From contig NMRA01000022.1 in assembly GCA_002633005.1 (NCBI GenBank), forward strand, positions 362,056 to 426,055: a DNA stretch of 64,000 nt, in the 5' to 3' direction. Made by a program: the position numbers and the translations under genes. Positions 61,690-64,000 of this stretch are shown here, in pieces (positions within the stretch are counted from its first letter, which is position 1; every line of letters starts with the position of its first letter). Below the pieces are notes generated by a model. That model searched no databases. It was not told where the DNA came from and was given only the letters and a program-made list of their open reading frames with translations. This DNA comes from Phoronis australis (lineage: Eukaryota; Animalia; Phoronida).

Positions 61690-61957
61690 CTGCCATGCTC
61701 CTACGACGGGTCGATTCTCGCAGATCGTATGTGGGTGAATTCCTTGGTGGCTCAGCAGGACTAAGATTTGGGCTAAGATTTAATAACGGAGGGCTGTGCG
61801 TGCTGAAGAAGTGTCCATGGTGTTCAGGACTGCCAGTAGGCGGTAATTGAACTGCCACTGTCTCGTGGCAGTTGGGAGATATCCTGTTTCCATGGTAACT
61901 TGACTGTGGCTTTGGAAGGATGTGTATATGCGCTTCGTGAGAAGCAACAGGCATCAT
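61690..61957 (-). CDS. First coding exon of an unidentified gene (Pro/Ser/His-rich, MMPVASHEAHIHILPKP...YDLRESTRRRSMA)
   Basis: Exon 61967-61690 bounded by acceptor ttactttgcAG and donor CAG|GTAATC. GC-richer than its flanks, 89 stop-free codons from ATG 61957. Confidence 0.65.
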
Positions 61958-63120
61958 GAACAATTCACTGCAAAGTAATTTAGAAATACATTTATGTTCA
62001 TAAACTACTTTGAATAAAAACAAAAATAAAAACTGAACTCTAGTCTTGATAATAAGAGACTTTTCAATGACACGGTGCTTTCGCATTGCAAACAGCAACT
62101 TGGAATCTGGTAGTATTCCTACATCTCAGCTATCAAAATTATCTACATGTACATATACGTTCAAAAATTTAGCATTATGACCTAGTAAATGGTGTGTGCA
62201 TCACCGCAGTTTAAGGTGTGTCTATTCGATGAAGGTATACACTAAGCACTAGTACTGTACATTGACTACCAATTCTGTATATTTTCAAAGCAGCCTTAAT
62301 TAGGAATTTCTATGAAAACATCTGAGTTGCAAATCAGTCGTTCACTATAGTATGACCCATTCTGAAGCCTACACAGGTGCCCCCTATGTGCTGCTGCATC
62401 TCGGTAGGATAGGAAGACCATTGACCTCCCCATAACCTTCTGTATGTTTCCATTTGACCTCGAACACATTAGCTGCAATGATGTTCAGTTTTCAATTTTA
62501 TTGACCGAAAGAAAGCCTATTTGAAAAAAGTTTGATAGCGGGAGTTTGAGCTGGAAAGATTTAAAAAATAAACTACATCCAATTGTGTCCACCTACACTC
62601 GAAAAGAACTAAAGTATGTGACATATAGTAACGTATCTTTGTTTTTGATAGTAGCCAGAGTTAAGCGTAATTTGCAGAATACTTTCCAGCATACAGGCTT
62701 GACTAGGACAGATCTACCACGTTTTGGTGGTCCATTATTTTGACAACTAATTTCATCCACTGGACAACAGGCATTACTCAGTGTTACCAACACAAATATG
62801 TTGGCTGTGCTCCACACCCAGAGAAATTCTGAATCAAAAGCTGTCGTACCAACAGCAAACGAAGGCTACATAAAATGTCACACAAAAGAACAACACAGGT
62901 CCAAGGCACAGGACTATAACATGGACGTAGCACATAGGAAAACGACTTAAAATAATCTGCTTCTCGGCATCAATGTAAACCATAATCCACCATTCACTGG
63001 AAGTCTTCCCCCGCCTGGTGGTGGTGATGGTAGGCCTATTCCGTTCATCGTCGACACACGGCAAGGGGTAAATTCTCTTCAAACCAGTAAATCATTTCAA
63101 AGTAACATTCGTTTTCTTAC

Positions 63121-63255
63121 CGAAATCAAATACAGCCAGTCAAACTTTTGAAGTAAAGGGACTACGAATACCAAGAAATATCCAACAAAAGTCTAAAAAT
63201 CGTCGGTAAAGATCATCCGTCGTTAACCCGCAGACGACTTATTTTCATGTGTTCT
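63121..63255 (-). other. Probable non-coding exon 1 of the minus-strand gene
   Basis: Donor TCG|GTAAGA at 63120, directly downstream of a motif-rich CpG-containing region. TSS not determinable. Confidence 0.5.
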
Positions 63256-63910
63256 GAACGAAGCCCCGCCTACAGATAATACGTCACTTCCTATGATCAG
63301 ATTGTTTTCCGTAAACAACCGAACCTTTACGAACCATTACGATGAAATCACCTGCCAAAAATAAATGACGATGTAGCGCGTGATTCATTCTATATATAGA
63401 ATGAAGTCGATTGGTTGTTACGCCCATGTGACTAAACTTAGGGATGCTATTGGATGCGGCATTGCTGTTGTTAATTTCGATGAAGAAGGAGAGGCGGAAA
63501 AGACGTAAATTCAGGAGGAGAGGCTTTTACGCCGAAATCGGCCACAGCTGAGAAAGATCAGAAAGCTGGTTCAGGCAAAAGTCATCTAAAAGATCGGAGG
63601 CTTAGCGTTTCGTAGATTTAAGAGTATTGTTGTGTTATTTTAGAGATATCTTTGTATGTAAAGTTCTTTGTGCCAAAGTTGGCTTCAAAATTTTTAGTCG
63701 CCATCTTGAGATTGTTTGTTTTGAAAATCGCACTTGTTCTAAAATTTTTTGTTAAGGTCATCACCGGCGCAGGTGTGATCATTACTTAAGATTTTAGGGT
63801 GTTGAAATAGATTGAAAGGTGCTAGAGTTCGAAGGGTCTTGATCCCTTATTTCGTTGGATATTTGATAACAAAGCGAAAGCTTTCCTGACGTCACCAAGT
63901 GACGTATCAG
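63255..63910. promoter_or_regulatory. Probable promoter, possibly bidirectional
   Basis: GC box ccccgcc 63264-63270, CRE-half/ETS acgtcacttcct 63281-63292, ATTGG (CCAAT) at 63410 and 63449, YY1-like cgccatctt 63699-63707, CRE 63887-63894, raised CpG density. Confidence 0.55.
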
Positions 63911-64000
63911 TTAGTGAAGTGTCACGAAATTTCTGTGATGTGTAAACCGTGCAATTCACCGACTATGTATTCAGCAACCGAGAACACAAAGTTCCGACGT

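Noticed and set aside
1-64000. Remaining 60-130 aa ORFs in the track
   Set aside because: Many start at TTG/GTG, lie in introns or TEs, and lack domain motifs or consistent splice signals.

Overview
Animal genomic scaffold window with spliceosomal introns, many transposon remnants and three assembly gaps (N at 13563, N at 47031, run at 54230-54834). The CAP-EGF-ShK gene architecture suggests a lophotrochozoan such as a mollusc; this is inference. Two protein-coding genes are well supported. (1) A 10-exon + strand CAP/CRISP-family gene (11048-29244, 370 aa assembled by hand: signal peptide, CAP, hinge, EGF-like, ShKT-like, Ser/Thr stalk, hydrophobic GPI-type tail) that the ORF track shows only in fragments. 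(2) A single-cysteine-cluster Toll-like receptor (48891-51674) with an acidic ectodomain insertion and a TIR lacking the BB-loop proline. An unidentified minus-strand spliced gene starts from a probable promoter near 63.3 kb. The rest is a decayed ORF with 11-aa Asp/His/Gly/Pro repeats, LINE and Penelope remnants, an ISL2EU-type THAP/DDE + YqaJ transposon nested in a MITE, several MITE families and a 1.65-kb duplication that is probably an assembly artefact. No rRNA, tRNA or CRISPR array was seen. All gene models were read by eye and need RNA support. I found no clearly new multi-gene system, only individually unusual genes and elements.
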